64,000 nt of DNA from assembly GCA_963832745.1 (NCBI GenBank), contig CAWHVC010000003.1, forward strand, positions 224,001 to 288,000, in the 5' to 3' direction. The DNA is from Candidatus Bathyarchaeota archaeon (GTDB taxonomy: Archaea; Thermoproteota; Bathyarchaeia; Bathyarchaeales; Bathycorpusculaceae). This document shows positions 50,090 to 59,996 of the stretch, piece by piece (positions within the stretch are counted from its first letter, which is position 1; each line of letters begins with the position of its first letter). A program made the position numbers and the translations under genes. Under the pieces are notes generated by a model. It saw nothing but the letters and a program-made list of their open reading frames with translations, was not told the DNA's origin and did not search any database.

Positions 50090-51615
50090 TGTTTCTTGAC
50101 CTGATTACGATTCTTTAGTAGGCACTTGTTTATACCGTTTATCATAGCTTCCACGGACGCCATTACGATGTCTTCACGGGCTGCACGGGCGGATACGATG
50201 TTTCCTTTTTCGTCTTCAACTTTTATGATTACTTCAGCCACTGCGTTAGATCCACCAGTGATTGCTTCGAGACGATATTCGCTTAGCTTTATTTTTTCAA
50301 GGTTGCTTGTTAGCTTCTGTATGGCTTTTAGGACGGCGTCTACTGGGCCTACGCCGGTTTCTGCTGCCACGTACTCTTTGCCGTCCAAGGTTAAGCGTAC
50401 GGAAGCGGTTGGGATAACTTTGATGCCGGTTACGACGGCCATGTCGCATAGGTCAACAATTTTTTCTTCACCGAGGACCTCACCCATAACTGCTGAGGTT
50501 AAAGCGATTAAGTCAGCGTCGGTTACCATTTTGCCTTTGTCACCGAGTTCTTTGACGCGTTGCACGATTTCGGTTAATTGTTGCTCGGTTGGGTGGATGC
50601 CAATTTCGTTTAGTTCTGCTTGGATGCCTCTTGTGCCTGCCAGTTTGCCTGCGACGAGTTTGCGGGTTCTTCCGACTAGTTCGGGGCTGATTGGTTCAAA
50701 CGTTAAGGGCTGCTCTGTGACGCCGCGGGTGTGGATGCCTGATTCGTGGGCAAACGCGTTTTCTCCAACAATTGCTTTGTTTACTTGTACTGAGACGCCG
50801 CTTAATGATGCAACCATCCTAGATGTGCTGTACAGTAAACGCGTGTTTACGTTTGTTTTGTACCCGTAAACCACATGCAAGGTTGTTACTACTTCTTCGA
50901 GCGCCGCGTTGCCTGCACGTTCACCGAGCCCGTTGACGGCGACGTGAACTTGGTCTGCGCCTGCTTCAACTGCTGCAAGGCTGTTGGCAACTGCTAAACC
51001 AAAGTCGTTGTGACAGTGAGCGCTAATTGGAACCTTAATGTAACTCTTTAGCTCCTTGAAAAACTCAAAAGTTGTTCTGGGTATCATGCAGCCGACTGTA
51101 TCTGGCGTGTTTAGGCTGTCCATTCCTGCATCTTGGGCTGCCAAGCAGATTTGACGTAGAAAAGACGCTTCGGTGCGGGTGGCATCCATGGGTGAGAATT
51201 CACATTTTACGCCATGCTTCTTAACGTACTGGATTGAATCAACTGCCGCAGATAGGACTTGTTCCGGAGTCATGTTTACAGCGTGTTTCATCTGCACTGG
51301 TGAAGTTGGGATGAATACGTGAATCAAATCTACATTGCATTCTAAGGCGGCGTCGATATCTTTTCTTGTACATCTGGATAAAGCACAAACTTTTGAGTTT
51401 AGGCCTAATTTGGAGATTTCTTTTACGACTTTACGTTCGCCCTCTGAACTACTGGGAAAACCTGCTTCTATAATGTCGACGCCAAGCTTGTTTAGTTGCT
51501 GGGCGATTTCGATTTTATCTTCCAGAGTCAAAGAAACACCGGGGGTTTGTTCCCCGTCACGTAGTGTCGTGTCTAAGATTTTGATAAATCGGGGGTTTTG
51601 AGTCATTGTTTTCAC
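50086..51615 (-). CDS. leuA: 2-isopropylmalate synthase
   Basis: [26 protein letters not shown]-terminal regulatory domain; in the leu operon. Confidence 0.88.
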   Translation of the reverse strand: MKTMTQNPRFIKILDTTLRDGEQTPGVSLTLEDKIEIAQQLNKLGVDIIEAGFPSSSEGERKVVKEISKLGLNSKVCALSRCTRKDIDAALECNVDLIHVFIPTSPVQMKHAVNMTPEQVLSAAVDSIQYVKKHGVKCEFSPMDATRTEASFLRQICLAAQDAGMDSLNTPDTVGCMIPRTTFEFFKELKSYIKVPISAHCHNDFGLAVANSLAAVEAGADQVHVAVNGLGERAGNAALEEVVTTLHVVYGYKTNVNTRLLYSTSRMVASLSGVSVQVNKAIVGENAFAHESGIHTRGVTEQPLTFEPISPELVGRTRKLVAGKLAGTRGIQAELNEIGIHPTEQQLTEIVQRVKELGDKGKMVTDADLIALTSAVMGEVLGEEKIVDLCDMAVVTGIKVIPTASVRLTLDGKEYVAAETGVGPVDAVLKAIQKLTSNLEKIKLSEYRLEAITGGSNAVAEVIIKVEDEKGNIVSARAAREDIVMASVEAMINGINKCLLKNRNQVKKQ

Positions 51616-51619
51616 AAGC

Positions 51620-52645
51620 TTAAGCTTTTAGCGCTGCAGCAATGGCTTGTGCCATCTGCATTGTAGAGGCTTTGCCGCCTAAATCTGGAACGGTAACGCC
51701 GTTAACCAATGTTTGGACTGTAGCGTTTTCTATTGCCGCAGCTGCCTTTAAGCATTTAGAATCATTAAACCGTTCACCCAGCCAATCCAGCATCATCTTT
51801 GCGGACAGTATCATGGATATGGGGTTTGCGATATGCTTACCAGCAATGTCAGGAGCTGAACCATGAATAGGTTCAAACAATGCAAAGTTATCGCCGATGT
51901 TTGCGCCTGGAGCCATGCCCAGACCGCCGATTAACTGCGCTGCCTCGTCACTTAGGATGTCACCGAACATGTTACACGTGCATAGCACGTCGAAGTCTTG
52001 GGGAGTTCGGATAAGGTGCATTGTCGCTGCGTCAACATACATTTCATTGTATTTGATATCTGGATATTTTTCTGCAGTTTCTTGACAGACTTTTTTGAAT
52101 AAGCCGTCGGTTACACGCATGACGTTTGCTTTATGAATTGCTGTTACTTTCTTTTTAGGGCGCAGTCTTGCGGTTTCAAACGCGCGTTTGGCGATGCGTT
52201 CACAGTTTTGCCTTGAAATTACTCGTAAGCACACGGTTACGTCGTTGCCGATTGTGTATTCTAAGCCTTTGTAGACGTCTTCAGTGTTTTCGCGTACGAA
52301 AATCATGTCTATGTCTGGGCGGGCAACTGGCACGTTTGGAAACGCCTTTAATGGGCGCACGTTAGCGTACAAGTCAAACAGCAAGCGTAATCGGACTATA
52401 ACGTCTGCTGCGGTTTCGCCTACTGGACCTTTCAGGCAAGCGTGTGATTCACGAATAACTTTTAGGCTATCCTCTGGCAGGGCGGCACCACGTTTTTTGA
52501 GCACTGCATCGCCTGCTTCAGCTTTGACTAAGTTGAGGTTTACGCCAAAGTTTTCTTGCACTACATCTATTATTTTCAAGGTTGCTTCAGTTAACTCGGG
52601 TCCGATGCCATCGCCGGGCATTAAGGCGATTTTGTATTCGGTCAT
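51620..52645 (-). CDS. leuB: 3-isopropylmalate dehydrogenase (isocitrate/IPM family)
   Basis: GDGIGPE, RENTE, HKANV, NMFGDILSD, EPIHGSAPD. Confidence 0.9.
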   Translation of the reverse strand: MTEYKIALMPGDGIGPELTEATLKIIDVVQENFGVNLNLVKAEAGDAVLKKRGAALPEDSLKVIRESHACLKGPVGETAADVIVRLRLLFDLYANVRPLKAFPNVPVARPDIDMIFVRENTEDVYKGLEYTIGNDVTVCLRVISRQNCERIAKRAFETARLRPKKKVTAIHKANVMRVTDGLFKKVCQETAEKYPDIKYNEMYVDAATMHLIRTPQDFDVLCTCNMFGDILSDEAAQLIGGLGMAPGANIGDNFALFEPIHGSAPDIAGKHIANPISMILSAKMMLDWLGERFNDSKCLKAAAAIENATVQTLVNGVTVPDLGGKASTMQMAQAIAAALKA

Positions 52646-53145
52646 TTCTTGTTCATCCTTTTACGTAAGTTCTCAATTAATCCGCCGTCAGTCAATATTT
52701 CCATGATGAACGGTGGCAAATTAGTGCCCTGCAAACTCTTTTTAGTTGACAGGTTTTCTATTTTGCCTGTTGTCAAATCGACGGAAACCTCATCGCCAGT
52801 TTTTACGGTTTCAGAGATGCCCTTGCATTCAATGACTGGCAAACCAATGTTTATGGCGTTACGGTAGAAGATGCGTGCAAAGGTTTCAGCGATGACACAT
52901 TTTACACCTGAATACTTCAAGGCTAAAGGAGCTTGTTCTCTGCTTGAGCCGCAGCCAAAGTTTTTGCCGCCAATCAGTATGACGCCGCCTTTTGCTTTGT
53001 TAACAAATTCGGTGTCTAAACTTTCCAAGGCGTGTTTGCCTAACTCGTAAGGGTCAACTAGTACCAAGTATTTTCCAGGTAAGATAACGTCGGTGTCAAT
53101 GTTGTTTCCGAATTTTATTGCTGGAGCTTTAATTTTTGAATCCAT
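52642..53145 (-). CDS. leuD: 3-isopropylmalate dehydratase small subunit
   Basis: NIDTDVI, NFGCGSSREQA, FARIFYRN. Confidence 0.93.
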   Translation of the reverse strand: MDSKIKAPAIKFGNNIDTDVILPGKYLVLVDPYELGKHALESLDTEFVNKAKGGVILIGGKNFGCGSSREQAPLALKYSGVKCVIAETFARIFYRNAINIGLPVIECKGISETVKTGDEVSVDLTTGKIENLSTKKSLQGTNLPPFIMEILTDGGLIENLRKRMNKK

Positions 53146-54413
53146 TACTGTTTTGCCTCCACTGTTGCTGGGTTGGTGATTTTTCCTGTTAACGCTGAAG
53201 CCGCGACCACTGCTGGTGAAGCTAAGTAAACGTTGGCTTGAGTGCTGCCCATTCTGCCGATGAAGTTGCGGTTGCTGGTGCTAACGCATGTTTCGCCTGC
53301 TGCTAGTAAACCGATGTGTCCACCTAAGCATGGACCACAGGCGGAGCCGCAAACGATTGCGCCTGCTTCAGTAAAGATTTCTGTTAAACCTTCAGCTAAT
53401 GCTTGCTTGTAAACTTCCTGTGAAGCCGGAATAACCAAGGCGCGAACGCCGTCTTTGACTTTTTTGCCCTTCATTACTTGAGCGGCTAAACGTAAGTCTT
53501 CTAGTCTACCATTAGTGCATGAACCAATGAATGCTTGGTCAACTACTACATCGCCAACCTCAGAGATTGGCTTAACATTGTCGACACTTGATGGGCACGC
53601 GATTTGAGGCTCCATTTTTGAAACATCAAAATCCATTGTGCATTCATATTGGGCGTCTTTGTCACTTTTCAGTGTTGCAAAGTCTGGCAAGTTTTTGACT
53701 CGGTTTTGTAGGAACTCTTTGGTTGTTTGGTCAGGTTCGACAATTCCGTTTTTGGCACCCATTTCTACTGCCATGTTACATACAGTCATTCTTCCTGCGA
53801 TGCTCATGGCTTTTATGGTTGGACCAGTGAATTCTGCGCTCTTGTAAATTGCGCCATCAACACCTAACTTGCCTATTATGTTTAGGACTAGGTCTTTTGG
53901 TGTGACGTATTTGGGGAATGTTCCGTTAACTTCGATTTTGATTGCTGAGGGTACTTTGAACCAGATTTTTCCGGTTGTCATTACTGCGGCTGCTTCTGTT
54001 GAGCCGATGCCAGTCGCGAAAGCGCCGAATGCGCCATACGTACATGTGTGTGAGTCTGCGCCGACTATTACTGAGCCAGGCACTACATGACCTTGTTCAG
54101 GCATGACTTGGTGGCAGATACCGCCCCGTCCTACGTCATAGATACGTAGTTTTTGTTCTTTAGCAAATTGACGCATTGTTTTATGAAGTTCAGCTGCTTT
54201 AACAGATTCAGCAGGAATCTGGTGGTCTAGAATGACTACTACTTTTTCGTTGTTCCAAACTTTTTCTGCGCCAATTTTTTTAAACGACTCTACAGCTAAA
54301 GGTCCAGTTAAATCGTGAATCATCAAGACGTCAACGTTTGCGTCCACAATTTCTCCTGGGGCGACAGATTTTTTGCCTGATGCTTTAGCTAAGATTTTTT
54401 CTGTAATATTCAT
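53145..54413 (-). CDS. leuC: 3-isopropylmalate dehydratase large subunit
   Basis: GADSHTCT, FIGSCTNGR, CGPCLG, STSNRNF. Confidence 0.93.
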   Translation of the reverse strand: MNITEKILAKASGKKSVAPGEIVDANVDVLMIHDLTGPLAVESFKKIGAEKVWNNEKVVVILDHQIPAESVKAAELHKTMRQFAKEQKLRIYDVGRGGICHQVMPEQGHVVPGSVIVGADSHTCTYGAFGAFATGIGSTEAAAVMTTGKIWFKVPSAIKIEVNGTFPKYVTPKDLVLNIIGKLGVDGAIYKSAEFTGPTIKAMSIAGRMTVCNMAVEMGAKNGIVEPDQTTKEFLQNRVKNLPDFATLKSDKDAQYECTMDFDVSKMEPQIACPSSVDNVKPISEVGDVVVDQAFIGSCTNGRLEDLRLAAQVMKGKKVKDGVRALVIPASQEVYKQALAEGLTEIFTEAGAIVCGSACGPCLGGHIGLLAAGETCVSTSNRNFIGRMGSTQANVYLASPAVVAASALTGKITNPATVEAKQ

Positions 54414-54535
54414 GTTTTTTCTTCTCTTAATATTCTATTTTCCACTAAGCAAATGCGTCTTAAGATTAATCCTCTAAGAGACGTCACTAAAATTTTAAAA
54501 AGGGAAAATTAAGCCTTTCCATTCAGTAAACGCTT

Positions 54536-55048
54536 TTACTCGTCGATTCTGATGGATTTAGCGCCTCGAGCTAATGCGGTTATGCCTGTTCTTGCAAGTT
54601 CAAGGACTCCGAAGGTTTTCATCAAGTTTAGAAAGGCATCGATTTTGTCGGGTCCACCAGTAATCTCTATTGTTAAGCTGTCAGTTGAAACATCGATAAT
54701 TCTGCCTCTGAAGACATTAACGAAGTTGATTACGTCAGAGCGTTCCTTGGAATCCATGATTTTGACTTTAATCAGCGCTAGTTCGCGCATGACAAAGTTG
54801 CCTTGTTCGAGTTCCTCAACTTTTAACACATCGATTTGTTTAGCGACCTGTTTGGTTACCTGTTCAAGGGTTTTTTCGTCCTCGTTGACTGTTATGGTCA
54901 TGCGGGCAATGTCTTTTTGCTGTGTTGCACCTACAGTTATGCTTTCAATGTTGAAGTTTCGTCGTCTAAACAAGTTGGCGATGATATGAAGTACACCGGG
55001 CTTGTTTTCGACTAAGACAGATATGACTTTTGTTTTTCCTGCTTCCAT
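54536..55048 (-). CDS. ilvH: Acetolactate synthase small subunit
   Basis: VENKPGVL...FRRRNFNIESI, RELALIKV, ELARTG. Confidence 0.95.
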   Translation of the reverse strand: MEAGKTKVISVLVENKPGVLHIIANLFRRRNFNIESITVGATQQKDIARMTITVNEDEKTLEQVTKQVAKQIDVLKVEELEQGNFVMRELALIKVKIMDSKERSDVINFVNVFRGRIIDVSTDSLTIEITGGPDKIDAFLNLMKTFGVLELARTGITALARGAKSIRIDE

Positions 55049-56760
55049 TAGTAGTCACCTCTCTGTTGTGGTAATCCACAGCCTGGAGGCACAAATGGAA
55101 CCACATCGGTTTCTGAGCCTATAGGCACATCGATTACCGTTGTAACTTTACTTGACATGGCTGTTTTAACGGCGTTGCGGAACTCGTCAATTGAAGCTGC
55201 ACGGATGCCTTGTGCCCCGTATGCTTCAGCCAACTTGACAAAATCCGTTGTCTTGCCCAAGTTAACAGCGTTGTAGCGTCGGTTATAGAGTGTTCTTTGC
55301 CATTGAGCAACCATACCTAACACGCTATTGTTTAACACTATAACGATTACGGGAATGTCTTCCGTGACGCTGCAGGCTAATTCTTGCTCAGACATGATAA
55401 AGCTGCCATCACCAGCAATGTCGACGACCATGCGGTCGGAACAAGCAACTTTTGCTCCGATAGCTGCAGGGAAACCAAAGCCCATTGTTCCAAGTCCACC
55501 TGAACTGATGAAAGTGCGTGGCTGCAACGTTTGCATGTATAGGGCTGACCACATTTGGTTTTGGCCAACTTCTGTTGTTACTATGCCGCTTTCAGGCAAC
55601 AGTTTACGCAGTTCAGACAGCAAAGCTTTTGGCAGCAAGTCACGCGGCAACTCTTTCATTAAGGGGCTTAACTGTTCCTTGGCTTCCTTGACGCGGTTAG
55701 TCCAGGCTTTGCCTTCGCCTTTCTTTAGCTTCTTAGATGTAGCATTCAGTAGCATTTTCATTGCAGCTTTAGCGTCAGCAACAATAGCTAAGTCAACCTC
55801 AATGTTCTTGTTAATTTCTGCTGGGTCAACATCAATCTGAATTTTTTTAGCGTCCGCTGCAAAAGAGTCCAAGTTGGCGGTTGCACGGTCAGAGAATCTT
55901 GTTCCAATTGCCAGCAAAACGTCGGCTTCACCGATTAACCTGTTAGCGGCTGGGTTGCCATGCATGCCTATGCTTCCTAAAGATAACGGGTGATTCTCTG
56001 GAAATGCGCCTTTACCCATGAAGGTTGTTGCAACAGGCGCCATTAGCAGGTCGGACATTTGCACTATTTCGTCAGATGCGCCTGCCCAGATGACTCCGCC
56101 TCCAACTAGCAAGATTGGGCGTTCTGCTTTTGCTAAGAGTTCGGCGGCTTCGCTGATTTTGGTTGGGTCTGGCGGTTGGGGTAGCCTGTATCCGCGAACG
56201 TTGGGTTTGTTTGTGAATTCAACCTCGGAGATGCCGGCTTGCACGTTTTTGGGCAAGTCAATTAGGACGGGTCCTGGCCTGCCGGTGGTTGCAATGTGGA
56301 AGGCGTTGGTGACCATTTGGGGAATTTCGGAGACGGTGCGTGGTTGGTAATTGTATTTGGTGATGGCTGTGGTGATGCCTAAGATGTCTGCTTCTTGGAA
56401 TGCGTCTCTGCCAATCATGTAGCTTGAGTTGGCGCTGAATGTTGGGATTTGGCCTGTGAGGGCGATGACGGGGCTGGAATCCATGTAAGCGTTTGCGATG
56501 CCTGTTACCAGGTTAGTGGCGCCTGGACCACTGGTTGCCATACATACGCCTGCGCGTCCGCTGGCTCTTGCGTAACCTTCTGCTTCGTGTGCAGCGCATT
56601 GCTCGTGTCGTGCCAGTATGTGTCGGATTTTTTTGTTGCCGCAGAGCGCATCGTATACTGGAAGTATGGCGCCTCCTAAGATTCCAAAGATGGTGTCAAC
56701 ATTTTGACGTTCAAGGGATTCTAAAAGTGCTTGTGCACCAGACATTTTTGGCATGTTCAA
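55048..56760 (-). CDS. ilvB: Acetolactate synthase large subunit
   Basis: RHEQ, TSGPGATN, GRPGPV, SGGLGTMGFG, GDGSF. Confidence 0.96.
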   Translation of the reverse strand: MNMPKMSGAQALLESLERQNVDTIFGILGGAILPVYDALCGNKKIRHILARHEQCAAHEAEGYARASGRAGVCMATSGPGATNLVTGIANAYMDSSPVIALTGQIPTFSANSSYMIGRDAFQEADILGITTAITKYNYQPRTVSEIPQMVTNAFHIATTGRPGPVLIDLPKNVQAGISEVEFTNKPNVRGYRLPQPPDPTKISEAAELLAKAERPILLVGGGVIWAGASDEIVQMSDLLMAPVATTFMGKGAFPENHPLSLGSIGMHGNPAANRLIGEADVLLAIGTRFSDRATANLDSFAADAKKIQIDVDPAEINKNIEVDLAIVADAKAAMKMLLNATSKKLKKGEGKAWTNRVKEAKEQLSPLMKELPRDLLPKALLSELRKLLPESGIVTTEVGQNQMWSALYMQTLQPRTFISSGGLGTMGFGFPAAIGAKVACSDRMVVDIAGDGSFIMSEQELACSVTEDIPVIVIVLNNSVLGMVAQWQRTLYNRRYNAVNLGKTTDFVKLAEAYGAQGIRAASIDEFRNAVKTAMSSKVTTVIDVPIGSETDVVPFVPPGCGLPQQRGDY

Positions 56761-56856
56761 TTCTGTCTCCTTTGTTTTGAATTAGCGTTTAGACTGTTGT
56801 CTATGAAAAAATTGTTTGAGAACCGTGTTGCTTGTTTAGAGGTTAACCTAGGAATG

Positions 56857-56907
56857 TTAGAGAATAAGTACCCGTCGATCCCAGCTATTGAGGTGACAAT
56901 CCCTCAT
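56857..56907 (-). CDS. Putative Val/Leu/Ile leader peptide of the ilv-leu operon (MRDCHLNSWDRRVLIL)
   Basis: Manual translation; GAGG SD 7 nt before ATG; ends GTA CTT ATT CTC TAA; 96 nt upstream of ilvB. Confidence 0.7.
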   Translation of the reverse strand: MRDCHLNSWDRRVLIL

Positions 56908-57051
56908 GTTCTTGCCTCTTTAAAGTTCACGTTAAAATAAAAATACGCAATTGTTCAAATAAAAACCTATCGGTACAGAGGCGTTTTTACAGTAAATTGT
57001 GAATAAACATCATACAAAGCATACAGCCATCTAAGGTTTTTAGGCATGTTT

Positions 57052-57513
57052 TTAGAATGTGCGGTTTCTGAATTCCCGCCTCAGCTTCTCTGAGTCACTT
57101 TCCTCTTCAGCAGCGGGGACTTCTGGTGGGGCGGGTGCCCATTTAATTTGAACTGGCGGTGGCGGCGGTGACGTTTTTTTGGCTGAGAAGTCTTCTGTTT
57201 GGCTTGGCGGGTTTCTGCTTGGCTGGTCTTCTTGGGGTTGTGGCGGCGTTATTTGGTTTTTTGATGTGCCAATGGTGTTTTGGAGTAGTTTGGGTGAAAC
57301 GTAAAGTATTAGCCAAATTATTGAGCCGATGATGAATGTTAAACCTACATAGTAAACAAGTATAACCCATGCTGAGTCATACCCGGAAAAGAGAACATTT
57401 GAAGCTTCAATTATCCAAGCCACAATAATTAGGGCGAAAGCAACAATTATGCATTTAAACCAAGCGTAAAGGTCAAACTGTTTTTTGGCTTTATCAAATG
57501 ACGCTTTAAAGAT
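57052..57513 (-). CDS. Two-TM membrane protein with Pro-rich tail; probable ATC start
   Basis: The track's GTG (57423) cuts a TM helix (CIIVAFALIIVAWII); the frame extends to ATC at 57513, 5 nt after GGAGG. Confidence 0.55.
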   Translation of the reverse strand: MFKASFDKAKKQFDLYAWFKCIIVAFALIIVAWIIEASNVLFSGYDSAWVILVYYVGLTFIIGSIIWLILYVSPKLLQNTIGTSKNQITPPQPQEDQPSRNPPSQTEDFSAKKTSPPPPPVQIKWAPAPPEVPAAEEESDSEKLRREFRNRTF

Positions 57514-57650
57514 GTCTCCCTCCCCCCTAACAATAGGTATATGGTTGATTAATTTAAAAAACCTAGTGCTTAAAATAGTTAAAAATTTGCAGTTGAACTA
57601 AGAAAACCGTGTTTTTTGTGAAATTCAGGTTTAAGGAAGAATGTGGGGGG

Positions 57651-59171
57651 TTAGGGCTTTTTTGCGCCGTTGCCGTTTCGGTAATCTGTAATTAGCACGT
57701 TCATGCAGCTTAAGACTGCTTCCATGCTGGCTTTGACGATGTCTTCGCGGACTCCCATGGCGGTAACGGTTCGGTTGCCTTTACGCATGTGAACTACGAC
57801 TTCGACCATTGCGTCAGTTCCGCCGGTGATAGCTTTAACGTTGTATTGTTCCAGCGTTATGGGTTCTTTTTCTTTTATGGCGTTCTTAGCCGCGTTTATA
57901 GCTGCGTCAACTGGGCCTACGCCGACTGCTGTTCCCCAAACGTCTTTGCCGTTAACGCATAAGCGAACGGATGCGGTTGCGGTTACTTTGTCGCCGCCCA
58001 CGAAAGTCATTTCTTCCAGCTTAATCGGTTTAACCCCGCCTAAGCCCATGACGTTTTCTGCTATGGCTAAGACGTCGGCGTCCATGACGGTTTTGCCTTT
58101 GTCGCCGAGTTCTTTGATGCGTTGGAAGATTTCTTTGAATTGGTCGTCTGTGGGTTTTAGTCCCATGCTGTCAAGGTCTGCTTTGATTGCGTGTGAACCG
58201 CTGTGTTTGCCGGGTGCGATGCGGCGTGTACAGCCAACGAGTTCGGGAGCGATGGGTTCGTAGGTTAAGGGGTTTGCAAGCATGCCCTGTGTGTGGATGC
58301 CTGATTCGTGTTTGAACGCGTTTTCGCCAACAATTGCCTTGTTGGGCTGGGTGTGTACACCTGTTAAGCGGGCAACGAGTTGGGATGTGCTGTAGAGGAG
58401 TTCAGTTTTGATGCGTAACTCCTGCTGGTAAAGGGTGCGAAGGGTGATTACGATTTCTTCTATGGCGGCGTTTCCTGCACGTTCGCCTAGGCCGTTTATG
58501 GTTCCGTGGGCTTCCTGCGCGCCTGCTCCAAGGGCGGCGATGGTGTTTGCTACTGCCATGCCGAAGTCGTTGTGGCAATGCACGCCAACAGGAACCTTGA
58601 GTGTTTCTGTGAGTTTGGTGAAGAACTCGAAAGAGCGGTCAGGTGTTAAGATGCCTACTGTGTCGCATGGCGTGACTCGGTCTGCTCCGCAAGCTTCGGC
58701 TGCTTGGAAAACTTGGGTCAGGTAGTCAAAGTCTGAGCGTGTTGCGTCTTCGGCGAGCAGGTCAACTTTTAAGCCGTGTGCTTTGGCGTAGCTGACACAG
58801 TCCTCTGTGATTTTGACAACTTGGTCACGGGTCTTGCGCAGTTTACACTCGATATGCAAGTCTGACGTGGGTATTATCATGCACATTGTTTGTGCGCCAC
58901 TTTTGATGACGGCGTCTATGTCGCCTATTGTACCTCTGCCTGCGCTTGCCACTTCTGCTCTTAGGCCCTGCTTGGCAATCAAGCTTACAGCTTCAAGTTC
59001 GCCTTCAGAAACCGCGGCAAACCCAGCCTCAATCACATCCACGCCCAACTCGTCAAGACGCTGAGCTATGCGCAACTTGTTTTCTGGTACAAGAGATACT
59101 CCGGGTGTTTGTTCACCATCACGAAGGGTGGTGTCTAAAAAGTTTATACGCTTAGGGAAGCGGTTGAATAA
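57651..59171 (-). CDS. cimA: Citramalate synthase-like second IPMS paralog; start non-canonical or recoded
   Basis: [14 protein letters not shown] lies upstream of the track's start (59075); [14 protein letters not shown] resembles methanogen CimA; no in-frame ATG/GTG/TTG before the upstream stop. Confidence 0.75.
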   Translation of the reverse strand, partial: LFNRFPKRINFLDTTLRDGEQTPGVSLVPENKLRIAQRLDELGVDVIEAGFAAVSEGELEAVSLIAKQGLRAEVASAGRGTIGDIDAVIKSGAQTMCMIIPTSDLHIECKLRKTRDQVVKITEDCVSYAKAHGLKVDLLAEDATRSDFDYLTQVFQAAEACGADRVTPCDTVGILTPDRSFEFFTKLTETLKVPVGVHCHNDFGMAVANTIAALGAGAQEAHGTINGLGERAGNAAIEEIVITLRTLYQQELRIKTELLYSTSQLVARLTGVHTQPNKAIVGENAFKHESGIHTQGMLANPLTYEPIAPELVGCTRRIAPGKHSGSHAIKADLDSMGLKPTDDQFKEIFQRIKELGDKGKTVMDADVLAIAENVMGLGGVKPIKLEEMTFVGGDKVTATASVRLCVNGKDVWGTAVGVGPVDAAINAAKNAIKEKEPITLEQYNVKAITGGTDAMVEVVVHMRKGNRTVTAMGVREDIVKASMEAVLSCMNVLITDYRNGNGAKKP

Positions 59172-59232
59172 AGCAATACCCCATTTAAAGTCACTCTATG
59201 GTTCACCGTCAAGCACAGATATAAAAATTATG
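59167..59232. repeat. Direct repeat copy 1 (cimA promoter/RBS region)
   Basis: aataaagcaataccccatttaaagtcactctatggttca...gatataaaaattatg repeated at 59997-60063. Confidence 0.85.
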
Positions 59233-59304
59233 GTAGGAGGGTTTTTGTTTGAATTCTGAAAAGGCTTTTAAGATTGGTCCCACATGATGTGTGTGGGATA
59301 ACGA

Positions 59305-59553
59305 ATGGAGGAACAGGTTATACTAAAAGTTGATTCTAAAGGGAGATTGTGCATTCCCGCCGAATTCAGGGAAGAAATCGGAGACGCCGCAATCATGAAA
59401 AAAACGCCCCAAGGCTTTCTCATTGTACCGGGCAAACAAGAAAACTTTATTGAATCCTTCAACAAAACCATAACCTCCGAGCCAAAACGTAAAGGCAAAC
59501 CTAAACTTGCCACTCCAGAAGAAATGAAGACTGCTTGGAGAACAGTCAAGTGA
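59305..59553 (+). CDS. AbrB/MazE-type antitoxin
   Basis: LKVDSKGRLCIPAEFRE. Confidence 0.88.
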   Translation: MEEQVILKVDSKGRLCIPAEFREEIGDAAIMKKTPQGFLIVPGKQENFIESFNKTITSEPKRKGKPKLATPEEMKTAWRTVK

Positions 59554-59987
59554 TAACTGGCTTAGACACAAACATCCTCTGCTACGCTCTTGACAAAATT
59601 TACCCAGAAAACACCCACATCAAAGAATTACTTACCAGTCTTTCGCCCGAAAACCTTGTTGCCATTAACCCAACAGTGCTCCATGAAACATACCACACAC
59701 TTGTTTACTATCTAGAATGGGCCCCCGAAGAAGCAGCAAAACGGCTGTCACTAATGCTAAAACATCCCTATATCAAATTCTACAACCAAACCCAAAAAAC
59801 CAGTCAAATAGCACTAAACCTTGCCGTAAAACATGGTTTAGAGGGCAGAGACGCCCTAATAGTCGCCAATTATTTGGCAAACAAAACCCCAATTATCTAC
59901 ACCCACGACAAAGCACTGCTAAAACTACAAAAAATCACTTGGAAAAATACCTGCCTAACACTAAAAGACCCAATCAACCAAAAATGA
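59535..59987 (+). CDS. vapC: PIN-domain (VapC) toxin
   Basis: GLDTNILCY, VLHETYH, GRDALI, YTHD; true start may be the GTG at 59550 overlapping the antitoxin stop. Confidence 0.88.
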   Translation: MENSQVITGLDTNILCYALDKIYPENTHIKELLTSLSPENLVAINPTVLHETYHTLVYYLEWAPEEAAKRLSLMLKHPYIKFYNQTQKTSQIALNLAVKHGLEGRDALIVANYLANKTPIIYTHDKALLKLQKITWKNTCLTLKDPINQK

Positions 59988-59996
59988 AAAATGCAA

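Noticed and set aside
54487-54522. Mini-ORF MERLNFPFLKF between ilvH and leuC
   Set aside because: No SD and no clear Leu tract; better explained as a T-rich terminator/promoter spacer
3202-59064. Many antisense ORFs in the track (e.g. 3202-3705, 9265-9792, 44718-45278, 50126-50869, 55328-55840)
   Set aside because: Shadow ORFs opposite well-conserved enzymes, with no motifs of their own
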